DNA of 64,000 bases from Patellaria atrata CBS 101060 (taxonomy: Eukaryota), in the NCBI GenBank assembly GCA_010093705.1, contig MU006095.1, positions 248,001 through 312,000 of the forward strand, given 5' to 3'. Position 1 is the stretch's first letter; every line of letters begins with the position of its first letter. The notes under the pieces were generated by a model. The model did no database searches. It was not told the DNA's origin and saw only the letters and a program-made list of their open reading frames with translations. Position numbers and translations under genes: made by a program. This document shows, piece after piece, positions 23,301-37,648 of this stretch.

Positions 23301-26300
23301 CTACTGTAGCTGTAGATGCCGGAAGTGTCCGAAGCAAAGTCGGACCACTTCTTAGAAGTGAGCAGCAATGAAGCTGCGAGTGCAATATACCGGTCTTCCT
23401 TTTGATTGACTATGAGTTAGTATATCTGCATGGTTAGTTCACTCGCCGAGAATATGCATCTCGTCCAAATTTTGCTTAAAAACCACAAGGAACGCCCATA
23501 TCTATACACAGTGAAGCCGCTTTCTAGGCTCTATTGTATATATCGGTAATATAGGTAGATTCGTACAGGTAGCCAGCTTAGTGCGGTTTCAGTGGAGAGC
23601 CTCAGCGGATCGCGTTAGGCGGCATAGAGATTGTAGAGAGCTCTTCTTAACCAGTAAAGACTGGCGACTCCAAGAGATTGGCCCTGCTGGTAAGATGGTC
23701 CAATAAGCAGTGCAGAGTAAAGATGTAATTTGACCTAAGCAGAATGCAAGAGGTGTACGAACATACCTGATATTACCATAAATTCCTTTTGAATTGATTT
23801 TGAGAAATTAGGGACGAGTCATTGCAATATAAAGAGATTTCTGAAATACCGCATATTGCATAGGGTTTTCGTAGGCCCTCGGAGGAGACCCGTTTGCTGA
23901 GGAAGTCGCACAATGCCCCTCGGCCCGAAATCTCTCTTTCCCCCAACCATCCAAAACTCGGACAACTTACTACTAATCAAAATACTTTCTTGATCAACGC
24001 TTCGCCTATTCATAATCATAACTCCAAGAAATCTCTTTTGCTTCGCTCGAACGCTCAACTTCTTCAATTTCTTCTTCCCGTTGTCAGTATCACACGTCAT
24101 CAATCTTTTTTCTCGCTGCTCTCTGATATGCCTCCCGCCGCCCGTCAACAGCCGGAACGTGGAGATCTGCATCATGCTTCCCCTCAAGGTCATAATTATG
24201 ATCTTAATCTTCAATCTCGTCCCATATCTCTTCGCTCGCCTTAGGGAGCTCCTTGCAACAGCGCCACAGCAGTGAGCGCAGCGATACCCGGCCCAACAGC
24301 GGCATTATTCGCTCGCTGCTCGTCTCTTTCTCCTTTTCTGGTCCTTCTGCACCTCCTGTGCGTGACTGTCCTGGTAAGCTCTTGCTTTGCTCGCTCCGTT
24401 TTGTTTTCACATGCGTTTATAACTATTCTTCTAGCCGCACCGTATGTATCATCACCTTGAGGCTCACTACCAAGCTCTTTTCATCCCGGCTCTTGGATCT
24501 CCTGGCAACTAGCCCGCAAGCGAACCGTATGTGGGTAATCTTGAATATGATGGGTTATACTGAGAGCTGACGGCTATACAAAGAAATCCTATCGAAACCC
24601 TAGACAATAGCACAATGGGAGTGAGGCAATAATCACACCCGGCAACTGTTCCGTCTGAACAGTCCTAGGGTATCTAGGAGTGTCTAGAAATGCGTACACG
24701 TAGTCAAACACCTTAATAAATACCTTCTGAGCTTTGGGAAATCCAAATGACTTACTTTTGCACGGCCGTGATACATTGTAGACTGCTCAGGGGATGATTT
24801 GCTCACCTTTCCATATCCATACCCCATTTGTAAACTGCTTTCTTGCATTTCTAGTAATGAATTAAGTAACCTACCTTTATCGTAATCCATAATTTGCCCT
24901 TGATAGATGATTTTGAGACTAGACGGTACGCCAGAAGGGCCAGATTTTCGCGCGCATCCCTTGCGGGGTTCTTCCCTTGTTGATATTTGTCCTACATTTT
25001 TCAACTCACATTAGCGAACCAACAACCTCATAACAACTCCAGGCTCCTTTTATCATCTAAAGCCATCATTTTCCCTTTAATTATACCAGAGTACTTCAGA
25101 AATGCAGTTCTCTGATTCCTCTCTCTATCCACGACTAGATCAGCCGTGATGCTGCTATCCTAGCTTTTCCGGTGAACCAACACGCACCGGCATTTGACAT
25201 GAGCCACTACTGTGAGGATCTGTCCGTACCTATTGGTGGACAGTACATATAATGAAAGTTGGTATATTCCGAAGATCAGAGCAATTGTCGCAGTTATCTA
25301 TGCTCCAGCTATGGCGTTCCCGGCATAGGTACCAATATACAACATCAATCGACTTAAGCCACTACTAGACAATTCACATCAGTGACCCGGATCTGCCAGT
25401 GGGAAGTTCCACCATCCTGTCTTCGGCACAGGGCTCTCTCTTAGCGACACTAGTGGTTTGACACTGATTGGTAATCACACAGCAACTCTTCCGACGAGTA
25501 CGTGATGGATGCAACTCCGAGAGACACCGAGTCCGAGTCGGCAGACCGGATCCTATTCAATTACCTTCTCTGAGAGCACTTCTGCGAAAAAAAAAACAGG
25601 TAGTCTGTATAGCAAATCATCACAGATAGATTTGCGTTGTAACTACTTCACAAAGAATTGAGGGTTTCCCTCCTGATTCCCATGTTGCGAACACCTTAGC
25701 ATGGGATGGACCGAGAAGTGAAAGCTGGCCAAAGGAATAGCGAACCTTTCGGCGAGAGAAAGCTGAACGAGGGTTGCTCGTGAGCCCTAAGTTATCTTGC
25801 CAAGTGGAAATCGACATGGTTCACGATGATGAAAATTTGGTTGAACTGAGGAAGAACGACATACGGTTACGGAGCGGGTATGGTTCTCACGTTTCGAACA
25901 CCAAGGATATGATTTTCCTGGTTTGTTCCACATGCACCCAAAAGTCAAAGCGGTAGGAAAGACAAGTGAGCTTTGCGACAAGGGAAGGCCCAACAAGGGT
26001 CGCTCGCTCTCAGTCATCCTCGTAAGGTGCTACGGGATGGACGCAAAAGTCAAAGCCGTACGGAGGACCGGTGAATCCTCCAAGGTGGTACATCGAAGCA
26101 TTGTAATGGGCAAGGCCCAATCGACCTGAGCTGAAGAGGAAACGTAGGAAAGATACAATTTGGTTCAATCCAGGCGTAGAACCGTTGCTCCATGCATCTC
26201 CGAGTAGCCCCAAAAGTCGGTCCGTGATGATTAAAAGAGCTGGAAACAAAGACGTTGAAGGAAGATGGACGGTCCGAGAGCCAAAGGGGGATACTTGGAC

Positions 26301-28333
26301 ATTATTCGAGGCAAGGGATGGTCTGTCTCAGTCGACAAAAAGGATGCGGGGCACTGCACACGAGAATTGTGCAGATATCATCGTTTCATCTGTATCAGTA
26401 GAGCCGATGCAGTCAACAATGGAAATCGACAGATGGTATTTCGACGATAGCAGTCCAATGAAGCCATCACTTTCTCCCTTCCCGGGAAGCAACACTTTGC
26501 TTCGTGGGATAGGACGCTCAACTCTGTCATTATTTAATCTTCTCTATCGTCTGCAGGAACAAAGCGTCATGTACTGTAAGGTCCACTTCATCATAGGTTG
26601 CGGAGAGACCGTGCAGTCGCATTTGTACAGACGCTGTGAATACCCTCATGAGAGCAGCACACACGCCCCGATATTCTCAGGATCACACTGGGTGGAATAT
26701 TTTGCGCAGTGGAAATATTCTCTCTCCAATGGACCGTTTATCACTCAATTCAGGAGGGGAAAGACATTACACGAATCCGCTCTTTATCAAGACGAGAATT
26801 TGGAAATGGACATGAATTCCTTCTTCTTTTTCCTTTAACGAAGTTAAGGTGCGGATACGTATGCGCGACGAACTTATTGAGCGGTCGATCCTGGGGACCG
26901 CTACCCTACTACGGGGCTCGCTACCCTCCGGCTCAGATATCGGTAAATTCATATTGGTAGACTCCCAAAATGGCCTAAAGGGAATAAACTAGCCAGGGTT
27001 CATGTCCAAAGGATAAAATGGTGGATCAAGTGTCCTGGCATTATAGGATGCAAAGTCTTGGAGGCGTAACATGGGACACCTTCGTGATAACGTGACTCTA
27101 TTAAAGTAATAGGAGCACTAACCCGCTTCAACTGATGAAGGTTGATGAGAGTTTCTTGAGGAGAGAGAATATATTGGGATGCGTTGCAAGTATCGTCTGT
27201 AGATTGATATTGCCATCTATCAAGTTCCCTCAAGTTTTGCTAGAGCCCTAGGACGGCATGAACGGAATCATCCCGAGGACCAAACACCTGGCGGTTTCGG
27301 CCCGACTCTAGGGTTGGTTCGGCAGAACGTAAATTTGGATGGGGTTGTCGCTCGCGCAGAGTCATGTATTGTGCCGAAATAGGATAAAAGCATAAGAGGG
27401 TTACAGAATCCCGCATAGGTTCCAGTGTGTTGAGGGCTTTACCCAGCCCAGAGGTCCCGATTGACTACTCCGGGCATCAATCATCTCAGTCTTCAGCTCG
27501 ATTACTCCGATATAAGTATTATAGCAATATTGAATCGAGGTTCTTTGTACAACTCTAAGAAAGAAAATGAGCAAGGGCCTGTTGCTTCTGATTCCGATTC
27601 TAACGCCGGTTCCAACGTTGGACCAGGTAATCTCACAGTCTAAATTTTTGGTCCGGATCATACTGACTGGGAACAATTCATCGGACGGGGCACCTAGATT
27701 AATAGCGGGATGAGAACGAGAATCCAAGGAGACCGGTATTAGCATGGGCTCCACTCCAGGTTCCAAAACGAGAGACGGTAAGAGAAATGAGTTGCCAATC
27801 ATCGATTGGTGATATTATGGGATTCGCAGTGTTGTTGAAACTGGCTCGTCCCGAGATAGTTACCGTTTGAGTAGCTAAAAAATCCTCACAGGAAGTCCGG
27901 CTTTAGAAATGTCTTTTGAGTGAGGTGTGAGCAAGTGATCACAACATTTTATTGCAGATAGAATATTTATCTACGGGTACCACCGATTCATGATCGTCTA
28001 AGAGACTGTCAGTGATTTTGTCCGGTTTTTGGAAGAAAGAGAATACAACGTACTGTAGAAGAGCTGGCATAGGACCCGATATGACATCTATATCAGCAAA
28101 TACACAGAAAACCGAGGTGTCTAGTATTCGTGCAATGACAGGAATTAGGACTTCAATGGGAAGTGGTTGTCCTTTTGAAAAGAGAGAAGTCCCAAAGAAA
28201 ACAGGATAGATTAGAATGAGCTAGGGAGTAGAGATTCGAAATGGTGTTAGACTCGATGAAAAATTGCAGATATTCATAACTTCCGTCCCGGAGTATACCT
28301 TGGTGCTCTCGGCTTACCGATGGTGTAAAGCAT

Positions 28334-29742
28334 TCATCCCGAGGCCTCGGGAGGTTGTCCTGGGGATGTAATGCCACCCTCCCAATTCCCGCCTACCCTA
28401 GACCATTGTGCTGTCCCCAAGGTTGTTGACCGAAGTACTGTTGCGGAGAATTTGTTGAGCTTTTTGCAGCTAGCTGAGAGTGACTTCATATCATCGGCTG
28501 AGGGAAGCACCATTTGGAGAGTTGGAGCTTGACGTCTTGGATTGGACATCTGTGTGGGCAGTCAGCAATCAATGGCCGTATACGCCTAAGAAGGCACGTG
28601 GAGAGTCCTTGGATCTCCTGGGGAATGTCCGAATCTCAAGAATTCGAATGTAACTTAGTACACAAGGGTATCCCAGGGCAGTCAAAAAGACGACAGCCCG
28701 CTAACATACCCCCATAGAGAAGCTTATCCGACCAAGATGTGTTTGCATGAAATAGGATGAACATGACCAAACTTACGGCCATAAAAAAATCCAGGCTTGG
28801 ATTTCCAACGATCTCGACCTGCTCCAGTTCTTGACAGACGGCAAGAGCGTCTAACAACGATTTCTTGCATTCCTCCGTCGGTTCCAGGTAGATAGTTGCG
28901 TTAAGTAAGAGCAACCCCTTATGTTTACTAACTATGGTCCGCAACTGCTCCACTCCAAGTGTATACAAAGTTGTATTCAAGACCTTCAGATTCTTAGGCG
29001 CAGTGACATCGGCGGTCAACGCCTCAACCAGGGACGGTGCCAGAGTCTTATTCAACACATTTACACCTTGTTTCCCTCCTGGTCTCTCTTCTCCGTTCTC
29101 TGTGAGGTTCGAGGGATCGTCGGGATCGTTCGTTACGTCAGGAGGCGATATGTTCAATACGCAGGAAATCATGCCAGGCGCGATAAGGGACGGCAATTCC
29201 GACGCAGGGATCCGAGCCAGAAACTCCTCATCCTCATGTCGGAAGGTATAGTTTACCTCCAGAAACATGAGCCCCTTCTCTCTGCCTGCCAGCAGCTTGC
29301 CAATCGCTTCGAAAAAGTGTGGTCGCGAGAATACGTCGAGGAGGTGCAACGCTCGTAGTTGTTCGGCATTTTCGAAGAACCGCACTGCATCTTTCTGGGA
29401 TTCCGCGGTGATACCTGCGAATAATTGGCTGTAAAGCACAAGCGACTTGATGTTTGGCAATTGTTGGCTCAGAGCGTTTAGAAACCCAGGCGGATAGCCA
29501 AGTGAGAAAAGCTCTAAAGTCAGCGACTCTATGCTTGGGGGAAGCTGTGGTATCGTCACAAAGTTCTTCAACAGGCTCGAATACTCATCTAGTTTTATGT
29601 CCGAAGTCAGAGTAAGAGCTTTGAGGCCTGTTGCTTCGGGAGGGAATGTGGGAAGAGTGAATGTCTGAAGAGGTATCTGTGCACCTTTTGCCAGGGCAGG
29701 ATTTACTGGTTTTTCGACTGCTGTGTCCGGGAGTGTCGCCAT
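28334..29742 (-). CDS. Fungal hypothetical protein, LRR/RNI-like leucine periodicity; intron 28550-28776
   Basis: 368-aa ORF with a GTAAGT donor after FFMA; branch GCTGAC and CAG acceptor join it in phase 0 to ORF 28334..28549. Confidence 0.8.
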
Positions 29743-32700
29743 GGTATCGCAAGAGGACTATTTGCGTTGAATGGAATGATGCCCTGGACAATCAGAAGCT
29801 CAGACATAGATTCCATCCTGCTGTCCTTCGCTGTAACGATACCTGCTCGCTGACTGATCAGCGGAAGCTGCACCCACAACCGAATCGTGCGGAGAACCTT
29901 GTGTTGCGAAGAAGCTTTGTGACACAGTCGGCTCATGTTGAAGACCTTCTTTGAAGTGTGTATGCTCTTTCTGAATCCAGTGTATCAACAAGATATAGAA
30001 AATATGTTAGATGCGATGACGTTGATAAAAATTGTTCGCGATGATAGATTGATCTTCTCCGTCTAAAATGGGGCTAGTTGGCATGAACAAGAGCCAAGGG
30101 GTATAAATTCCTGAACCACGGACGGTATTCAGATTGAGTCACTGGAACAGCTACTATTCGAATGTAACGACATTATCTTCAAGCATTCTTATACGAGAAA
30201 CCGACCAGGTCAATCGCAAACCTCTACGGAATCTTGCAATGGGGAGCCTCTAGTGCTAGCCGCACATTTCCGGACAACCTTAACTCTCTCCCATCTACTA
30301 GTCACCAGTATACATTGTCTGCAAAGGCCGAACTACACGACAAACATAGGGCTAGGGTACTATAGAACAAACATTATGCAAAGTTTCTAGCTGGAAACAA
30401 AGGGTGTAAGCGGACGTTATACCGCGCCCTCATCATCCTGGTGATGCTGTAGTCCCAATCACTCAATCCTCACTCCATCCCCCTTAGCCCTCTGCGCCTT
30501 GTCCTACTCAACCACATATGAATAGAACTTGTATCCTTTCCTGCTATGGTGTCAAACACCGGGATTGCTTAACATTTTCGAGCTGCCCGGGGAGGACTCC
30601 GGTGCTCGCTATATACTTTGAAGCCCCTTAGAACAGTGGTTTAATGTGACGGGTGTATTTTTGTTGTTGTGCTCCGAAATACGCCATTTTCTGAACCCCG
30701 AACCCCATCGTATGCTTCGAATGGGAATAACCTCTAAAAGTCTTTAGTTAGGTACCGTTGTAGAGGCCTAGAACCTGGTGCGGTTGCCAGCGCCTATAGT
30801 TTAGTAAATGGAGTCCTTAACCAAGCATCTACTGTTATCCAGCTCCATTTATAGTGTTGATGTATACGAGGGAAGGGTGCACCGGTGGCACAGCAATCGA
30901 AGAATTGTTGAAGGGAGGTGAGAAAGCGACGACGCAGTAGATAATACGAGAGAGGTTCGTAGGAGAGCGTTGTAGGGGTGGAATAGTCTACACAGTAAGC
31001 AATTCCTATTCTTACATTCTTAGCGTAAGCGAACATGGTATACTTACTTCTCTGTGTAGTGGACTAGCTGAGAAACTAAATCGTCTCTGTTCCAGCAAAC
31101 CCTAACCTTGCGCCGACTCCGCGAAAATGTGAGAGACTCCGAACACAGAGGATCATCTAGGATAAATGTATCTTTAAACTCCTTTCGAGCTGCAGCCATG
31201 GCATGTTTGGGCTAGGTTTCCGCCAACGATATTGGTGTCAAGATTTCTAGGGAGGTAGTACTGAAGTCGACTTCTAGGGAGTGTTCAGTGCAGGAACCTA
31301 ATGGGTAAGGGCCATGTCAACAACAAACGATCCTGACAGACTCTTACACCTTCCCGTCGGTGCATCGGGGTGTTGATTGCTGAAAGTGAGGGTGCGTTAA
31401 AAGGGGAGGTCCGCTAAAGGGAAAGAGTGTAAGTTGCGTCCTCTACTTGCCAATGGACTGCTCTATTGAACAGCAGACGGACTGTCATCTAGTTAAACCT
31501 CCTGAGACGGACTCTAGGATGGCCTTCTGTCAACTGTGCGGCTGCTAATACCAGATATAACAACAAGAACGATCGGCTTGCGGAGTGAATAGTGGTTCCG
31601 TTGGGAGGGTAACCAGAACGACGCTGAGTGTCAGTCGTGACAAATGCCGATATACCTTTCCTCACCTAGGAGCACCTAAAGGCAATGGTGAGGTGTAGAT
31701 AAGTCGTGAGTACCTATAGAGCCTATTCCAGGCTATACATTCAATTCTACTTCAGGTTCCTACTGTCTATTTCTTACAAATGTGCTTTGTTGTAATGCTA
31801 CTAAGTCCCCGAGCTTGCTCTGTCTCTCTTCGCTATCCTATCAGTAGCCCCCCGAGCTCAATAGAGTTAAAAACTCCGTTCGTCGTTGTGACTTACAGAA
31901 CCAGCTAGCTCGCCTTGCATTACCTGCCCTTCGCTTCAGTCAATAAAATCCTTCTCTTGATGTCCTCTTCTACTCTCCTCTTCTTCCAAACAATTCTTCA
32001 TTTTTACCAGCAAAACCATTGTGAGTTATACCGACCTCCTCTCCAGCATTTATACATCAGCATAGGAATTGCCCGAGCTCCATGATGAGCATGTTTGAGG
32101 ATTTCAGTCCACGTTGCCCATTTCAAACCGTTCCCGACAACACCTTCGGCGCATTTTTCAAGCACACTACCCTCATCAGACAATGGGATCAAATGCACCC
32201 TTACCTGTTTCTTGATGCATGTCAACTCACGGGGGCATCTTCATGCATCTATGCACATGTTGTGGACAAACCTACGTTGACCGACCCTTCATCTGTGCAA
32301 GTTCAGCAAACGTCATCCAATCTAATCTTAAGTCTCCCTCCGACATAAATACTCTTCCTCCTCGTCCTGATCTCTTTCTTTCCCTTTCCTTCATACAAAA
32401 CCGGTCCAAGATACCTGATGCTGTCGTTACACCACTGACTTGAATGTCGTTTAGGGACTTGTCTTGTAATATGTTGGCTTCTTGCTAATTGTTACATTTA
32501 TTTATTGGGTGCTGAGATCTCCTCATTTATCCACAGAGATTGCAAGCGTGCTGGGGCCATGTTACAAGTTCGTCCACTTCCCCATCAAGTGATGATTAAA
32601 ATCATCGCCTGAGATATTGCTGTCTCTCAGCGTCCCTTGCTTGCATTTATTAGAGCATCATTGCCACCATCATATTTTGCTTGACGATTCCTCTCGTCAT

Positions 32701-32819
32701 TCTCATTACATTTAAACACATCTTTGTCAAGCTGATTCTGGCCCCTAGACGTCTGTTTAATGATGTTTTCCATCGTAGGTGGATAATATGTTTTACTAGT
32801 AAGTGTTGCACCTTGTCTC

Positions 32820-33090
32820 AGAAAATGACGTGGTATTGAAGAAACCTTGCCAGCCTCTAATGGAAGCGAGTTCACTTCGAACCGCTGATATTTTACAATT
32901 CACTTCATCAAAGCCTACAGAACCGCCGTCTGTTTCATCGTAATACTTTTTGCAGATAGCATTCTCAAAAAAGGAGACCAATGGGACGGTCAGAGTCTGA
33001 TTTCAGAACTCTAGGAGGAAGAATGCGAGAATAGAGCAGAGCGCCGGGTTCGATATCTGGAGCATCGCTGCCGCTCTGTACTTTGTCAAA
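32820..33090 (-). pseudogene. N-terminal fragment of an MFS transporter (SLC46-like)
   Basis: PLVSFFENAICKKYY...DEVNCKISAVRSELASIRGW preceded by an in-frame stop; no downstream TM helices found. Confidence 0.6.
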
Positions 33091-33766
33091 GTGGAAGCAC
33101 AGGGGGGTTCCTCTCTTTCAGCTTCCAACGACAGCTGAGAAGATGGAGTCATGAATATTACTATCATGGAATCAGTAACGGACAAGCGGGACGGGAAGAA
33201 GGATGTTAACGGTACCTTAGACTAAAGGTGAATTTAGGTCAAGATGGTGAATTCTATCGCAGAACGAGCGTTGAGCAACGGTAGCATAGAGTTTTCGTTC
33301 TTCTGACCCAAAGATAGGATACGTTAGTATTGAAATGGATGTACTGAACAGGGTATCAAAATTTCACGAGATGGTCTTCAATATGCGAATATCTCTGATT
33401 TTCAAGAGTTCCTTTGTAGTTTTACTTTCACGCTAGAACCAACACTGGATCTAAGGTCGTACAGTATAGTACTGCACAGTAGTCAGTACCCGACAGTACG
33501 GAGGTAACCCACTAAGAAACCTGTCAACAACATAATGAAAACATCCATCCAGAAATTGATACACATTTCTGTCATTCGCACAAGCAGATATACCAAAATA
33601 AAGGGCTACGCGATACAATATAATCTTCTTCACAACCACCATTTCATTTCGTTTCGATTTCCCAACTGTCCCCCAGCATAGGTATAAAGCTCTAAAGCCA
33701 CCAAATACAATAAAAACACTCTTATCCAACCCCCCCACCCCCTCCTGTTCTACAGTACACAACCCC

Positions 33767-35343
33767 CTAAGCAACCCCCTTACTCTCCCTCTCCAAATGC
33801 CGTTCCAAACTCCCAAACAAATCCTCCCCATCCGCAAACTCCTCCTTCTCCCCCCCTTTCCCCTCCTCTTTCCCCTTCTCTCCCTGCACATCACCCAGCG
33901 TCGGGATCTTATTGAGCGAGTTCTGCCGACTGTGCGACACGAGCGGGACATCTGGACTCGAGGAGGCGGAGCGGGATATCGGATCCGGCGGGGAAGTGAG
34001 TTTAGTCGGTGACGCAGGCGTTGAAGGCGGGGGTATGAGTACTGTTGTTTCCGCGGCGGTAGGCTCAGGCAGGGGCCGTGGTGCCGTGGTGGACGAAACC
34101 GCGGACGTAGGTTCAGGATCAGCTGAAACAGGGGCTTGTTCCGTGCCTGCGATGGTAGGAGGACCAGGCGTGACATCCATAGACTCCTCTTTCACCACCT
34201 CAGCAGCTTTGCGTTCCGGAGACGGTGGTTGTGGCGTCTTGGACTGGGTGCGGGAATCCGGAGTGGGTGAAAGTTCTCCCTCCTCGCGGTCTTCGTCATC
34301 GTCGCCGTCATCCCCTTCCTCGCCTTCCTCGACCTCCTCCTCGTCTTCTTCGCCTTCTTGCGCGTCGGGCATGGGTGTGTCGGCTTCCGTGGCCGGGGTA
34401 ACTCCCTCGGTGGCGTTTTCCTGCTTCACGGTCTGCGAGCCAAGTGGATCTTCTGATTTGATATCTTCATCGAGAGCTGGGGGTGCGGTGGTGCCGTCCT
34501 GAAACATGACCTTCTTCCTCCCACGTCCGGGACCCTTTTTGGGCTTTCTGCGTGGGGGTGGGGGTCTCCGACGCGGTGGGGTAGGTTGTAACAAATCGCT
34601 CGCAACGACGACACCATCTGCATTCACCACGCCAACGCCTTCAACAACGGTTCCGGGAGCGGCGGGCGCGGGTGCAGGTATGGTGGCATCCTCCTCCACG
34701 ACTTCACCCTCCACCGTTTGACCTTCCGGAACGAGGACTTCGTAGATCGCAACATTGCCATCCGCATCTGCTTTCCTGACTTTAGTTTTGCGCATGGGAC
34801 CACTTGCCGCTATTGCTGTTGAGATGACCGCAGAAGCGTGAAGGGATGGTAACCCCTTCCTCCTCTTCGCCAAGAACTCCGGTTCCGGCTCCTCCTGATG
34901 CTTGGAAACCTGCGCCCATTTCCGAGCAACGAACCCCTTTTGCGTTTCCTTGATCTCTTCGTCTTCGTCCAGATTCTCTTTTTCGTCATCAATTGGCGGG
35001 GTGGGCGGCTTGTAGAGCCGTCCTGCTCTCGCAGCACGGAGTAATTGCTGGCTCATCTCAGGTAGAAGATGCGAATCCCGTGGCATAGGTAATTCCGGCC
35101 AAGCATTCTTGCTCGCTGGGGACTTTTCCTCAGGAGGAGCGCCGAAGGTCGTCTCTTTGTTGCGCCACTGACGGATTGGTAATCCTTCCATTACATCATG
35201 GTCGACTTGGGCCCTTCCTGAGCGGTTCGCTCGGCTGCTGGAGATAGTCTGTACGTAAGGCGTAAGCATTCCAAATATGACTCTTCTGAATCGCACTCGC
35301 CCGTTCCTCCAATAACGAAAAATATCATACTCACGGGCGCCAT
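33767..35343 (-). CDS. Fungal low-complexity hypothetical protein; exon 1 ATG-GCG-CCC, intron 35249-35334
   Basis: DHDVMEGLPIRQW, WPELPMPRDSHLL, RRRPPPPRRKPKKGPGRGRKK, DLFGSLERHL; the phase-0 intron gives MAP-TISSSRANR. An in-frame upstream ORF reaches 36240. Confidence 0.8.
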
Positions 35344-37648
35344 TCCCCCCTTAAAAGACCCTGAATGGTTCCTCTTTAACTCGACACCTTCAAACACTCT
35401 ATTCCCCTGTGATGCAAACCCAGCCCTATCCACAAAACCCCTGGTAGCTGGGTTCTCAAAGTCGAACGGAAAACCAGTCTTGATATCATAAATCCTCACA
35501 AACGGATTGAGATTCTCGTAGTAATCGTCCTTATCGCGGATAGACTGAACGAACTCTTCTCTCGCAGCTTGTAACTTAGGATTAAACGCAAGCGGAACCC
35601 GACCGGGGAAGAAGATGCTGCGGGGCGCGAAATGCCGAGCCGAGAGCAGTTGGGATGGAAAGGGGCACGCGCTCGGGTGTTGGGAGGGTACGGGTTGAGA
35701 TGGTTGTGGATAGAGCAGATGGAGAGCCTGACGTTGCTGCTCCTCGCGAACCAGTATATTCAAAGCCTCGTGAGCCTGCTGTCGTATATACTCGTGCGGT
35801 ACTCCTTGTAACGCTCTCAAATCGAATGGAGGACGTTGTTGTTGTGTCGGCAGGGGTTGAGACGGAAACGTTTGCCTTGTTTGCATCTGTTGCCAAGGCT
35901 GCAATTGGCGCACATCGCTTGTTCGACTGCGGAAATCCGTCTCAATGGATTGTAACTGTGGCTGAAGCGGCTGCTGCGGCTGATACGGTAGGCGAAAACC
36001 TGTGTGCATCATTTGTAGTTCCGCTTGACGAGGTCCTGTCTGCATTGGGTGCATAACTGGCATTCGGACAGCTCGCTCCTCCTGCGCGCGTCGAAGTTGC
36101 GCATACACCATGGCCTGATTCTCGTGCGTGCCGAGAGCAAGATCGTATTTCGGAATCGGCATACCGGAATAGGTGGGCGGCACAGGCGGATAGCCCGGTA
36201 GCAGGCTAGATGGGTTCAGTAACGGTTCATTGAGATCCATGGTGCGTTTGTTGGCTGTAGATGGAGGATTTGGAAGGGAAGATTGGGTAAGATGTTTTTC
36301 TCAAGTGTTTTGAGTGTTGATTTAAGGTGTAAGAGTCAAGGACGCGGGTAGGAGAAGTCAGTCACGAGGTGGGTGGAAGCTGCTTGTGAAGGTGGTGAAG
36401 GCAACCACGGATTTGTGACTATCTAAGGTAGTGAAATGTGCGGGTCTACTTTATGAATTCTTTCTTTCCCGTGGAAAAGAGGGTAAACCCAACTGTCACG
36501 GTAGAAGTAGTGGCAGGACGTAGCGAGTATAGCCATTATGGCCGTGAAGCACCCAATGAATAAGGTAGCTCTCTCGATTATGGTATGTTACAGGAACGGT
36601 GGAAGATATGTCCCAGACTCCATTATGCAGACAATTCCAAAGTTAAATCATTATACAAGGATAATACATGGCCTCCCAATGCACTCAATCCCATCTGTTG
36701 AGGTATACAATTAGTACATGTCACAATTGTTCTCGTACGACCTGATTCGCAGTCATCAATTGAAGACTCACCCTTGATCTTTCTGCCGTATGATGCCTCC
36801 CTCGTCTCCTTTCTGTTTCCCTGATTCACCACCCTCGACTACTAATCTATCCAGCTGGTAGAATTGGCTTATGACCGTTTGCCTCTACGGAGTCCCGTCA
36901 GTGTCCCAGTCGCAGCGGAAGAACGGCACATGTCAACCAACCTTAAGTACTTGCAGCTCTTTCAATCCCTTTTGTATAAGATCCTGTATTGTCCTCTCCC
37001 CCGTCTCATTCTTATGTTCCCGGAATGCATCTCTCGTCCGTCTCTTAGCGTATTCTCTGAAGTTGTAGGCGGCGAATTGTTTAGATTGTCGGAGCAGTGA
37101 CCGGTACTATCAAATGAATTAGCAATGTGCAATCGAATCTCTACCATGGGCCTGGAGCTGACGACTGTTTAAGAATTTCTGGAATTGAGAGCGCGGATCT
37201 GCGGCGTGGGTGATTCGATAGTGCTCTGGAGCTTAAAGAACGTACCAAGGACCGCGCTTGAAGCGCTTTATCACCGGTGGCCGCGGCCATTATCTACAAA
37301 GAAATAAGGAATAGGATAATTTGTTGAGGGGAAAGTGGGATCTAATGTTTGAGAATGAGGCGCGCAACGGTACGCTTGCGATTGTCTTTGAAAAGTTATG
37401 TCACCAATAGATCTGAGCCGAGAGTCGGCGTTAATGCATGAGGTTCGTCTTGGGTTCTCCGCGCAATATCCGCATACCGATACATAGAACTATTGTCGGA
37501 AAAGGTTTCATTCTAGATAATAATATATGATGCACGAGATGCAGCTGTTTAAAATGTTGATACAAAAGTAGGTGATGGAAACGCAAACCCAAATCTGTAG
37601 ATGGTATCCCAGGGAACGCCGCCAAATGCTATACCTGATACATTCCAC

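Noticed and set aside
23819..27800. Medium ORFs (23819-24410, 26185-26838, 27401-27802)
   Set aside because: No recognisable motifs and the frames are broken by stops; possibly decayed genes, but unsupported.
31098..31111. AACCCTAACC as a telomerase RNA template in an ORF-poor region
   Set aside because: A 10-nt telomere match is expected by chance in 64 kb, and no pseudoknot or CR4/5 domain was recognised.
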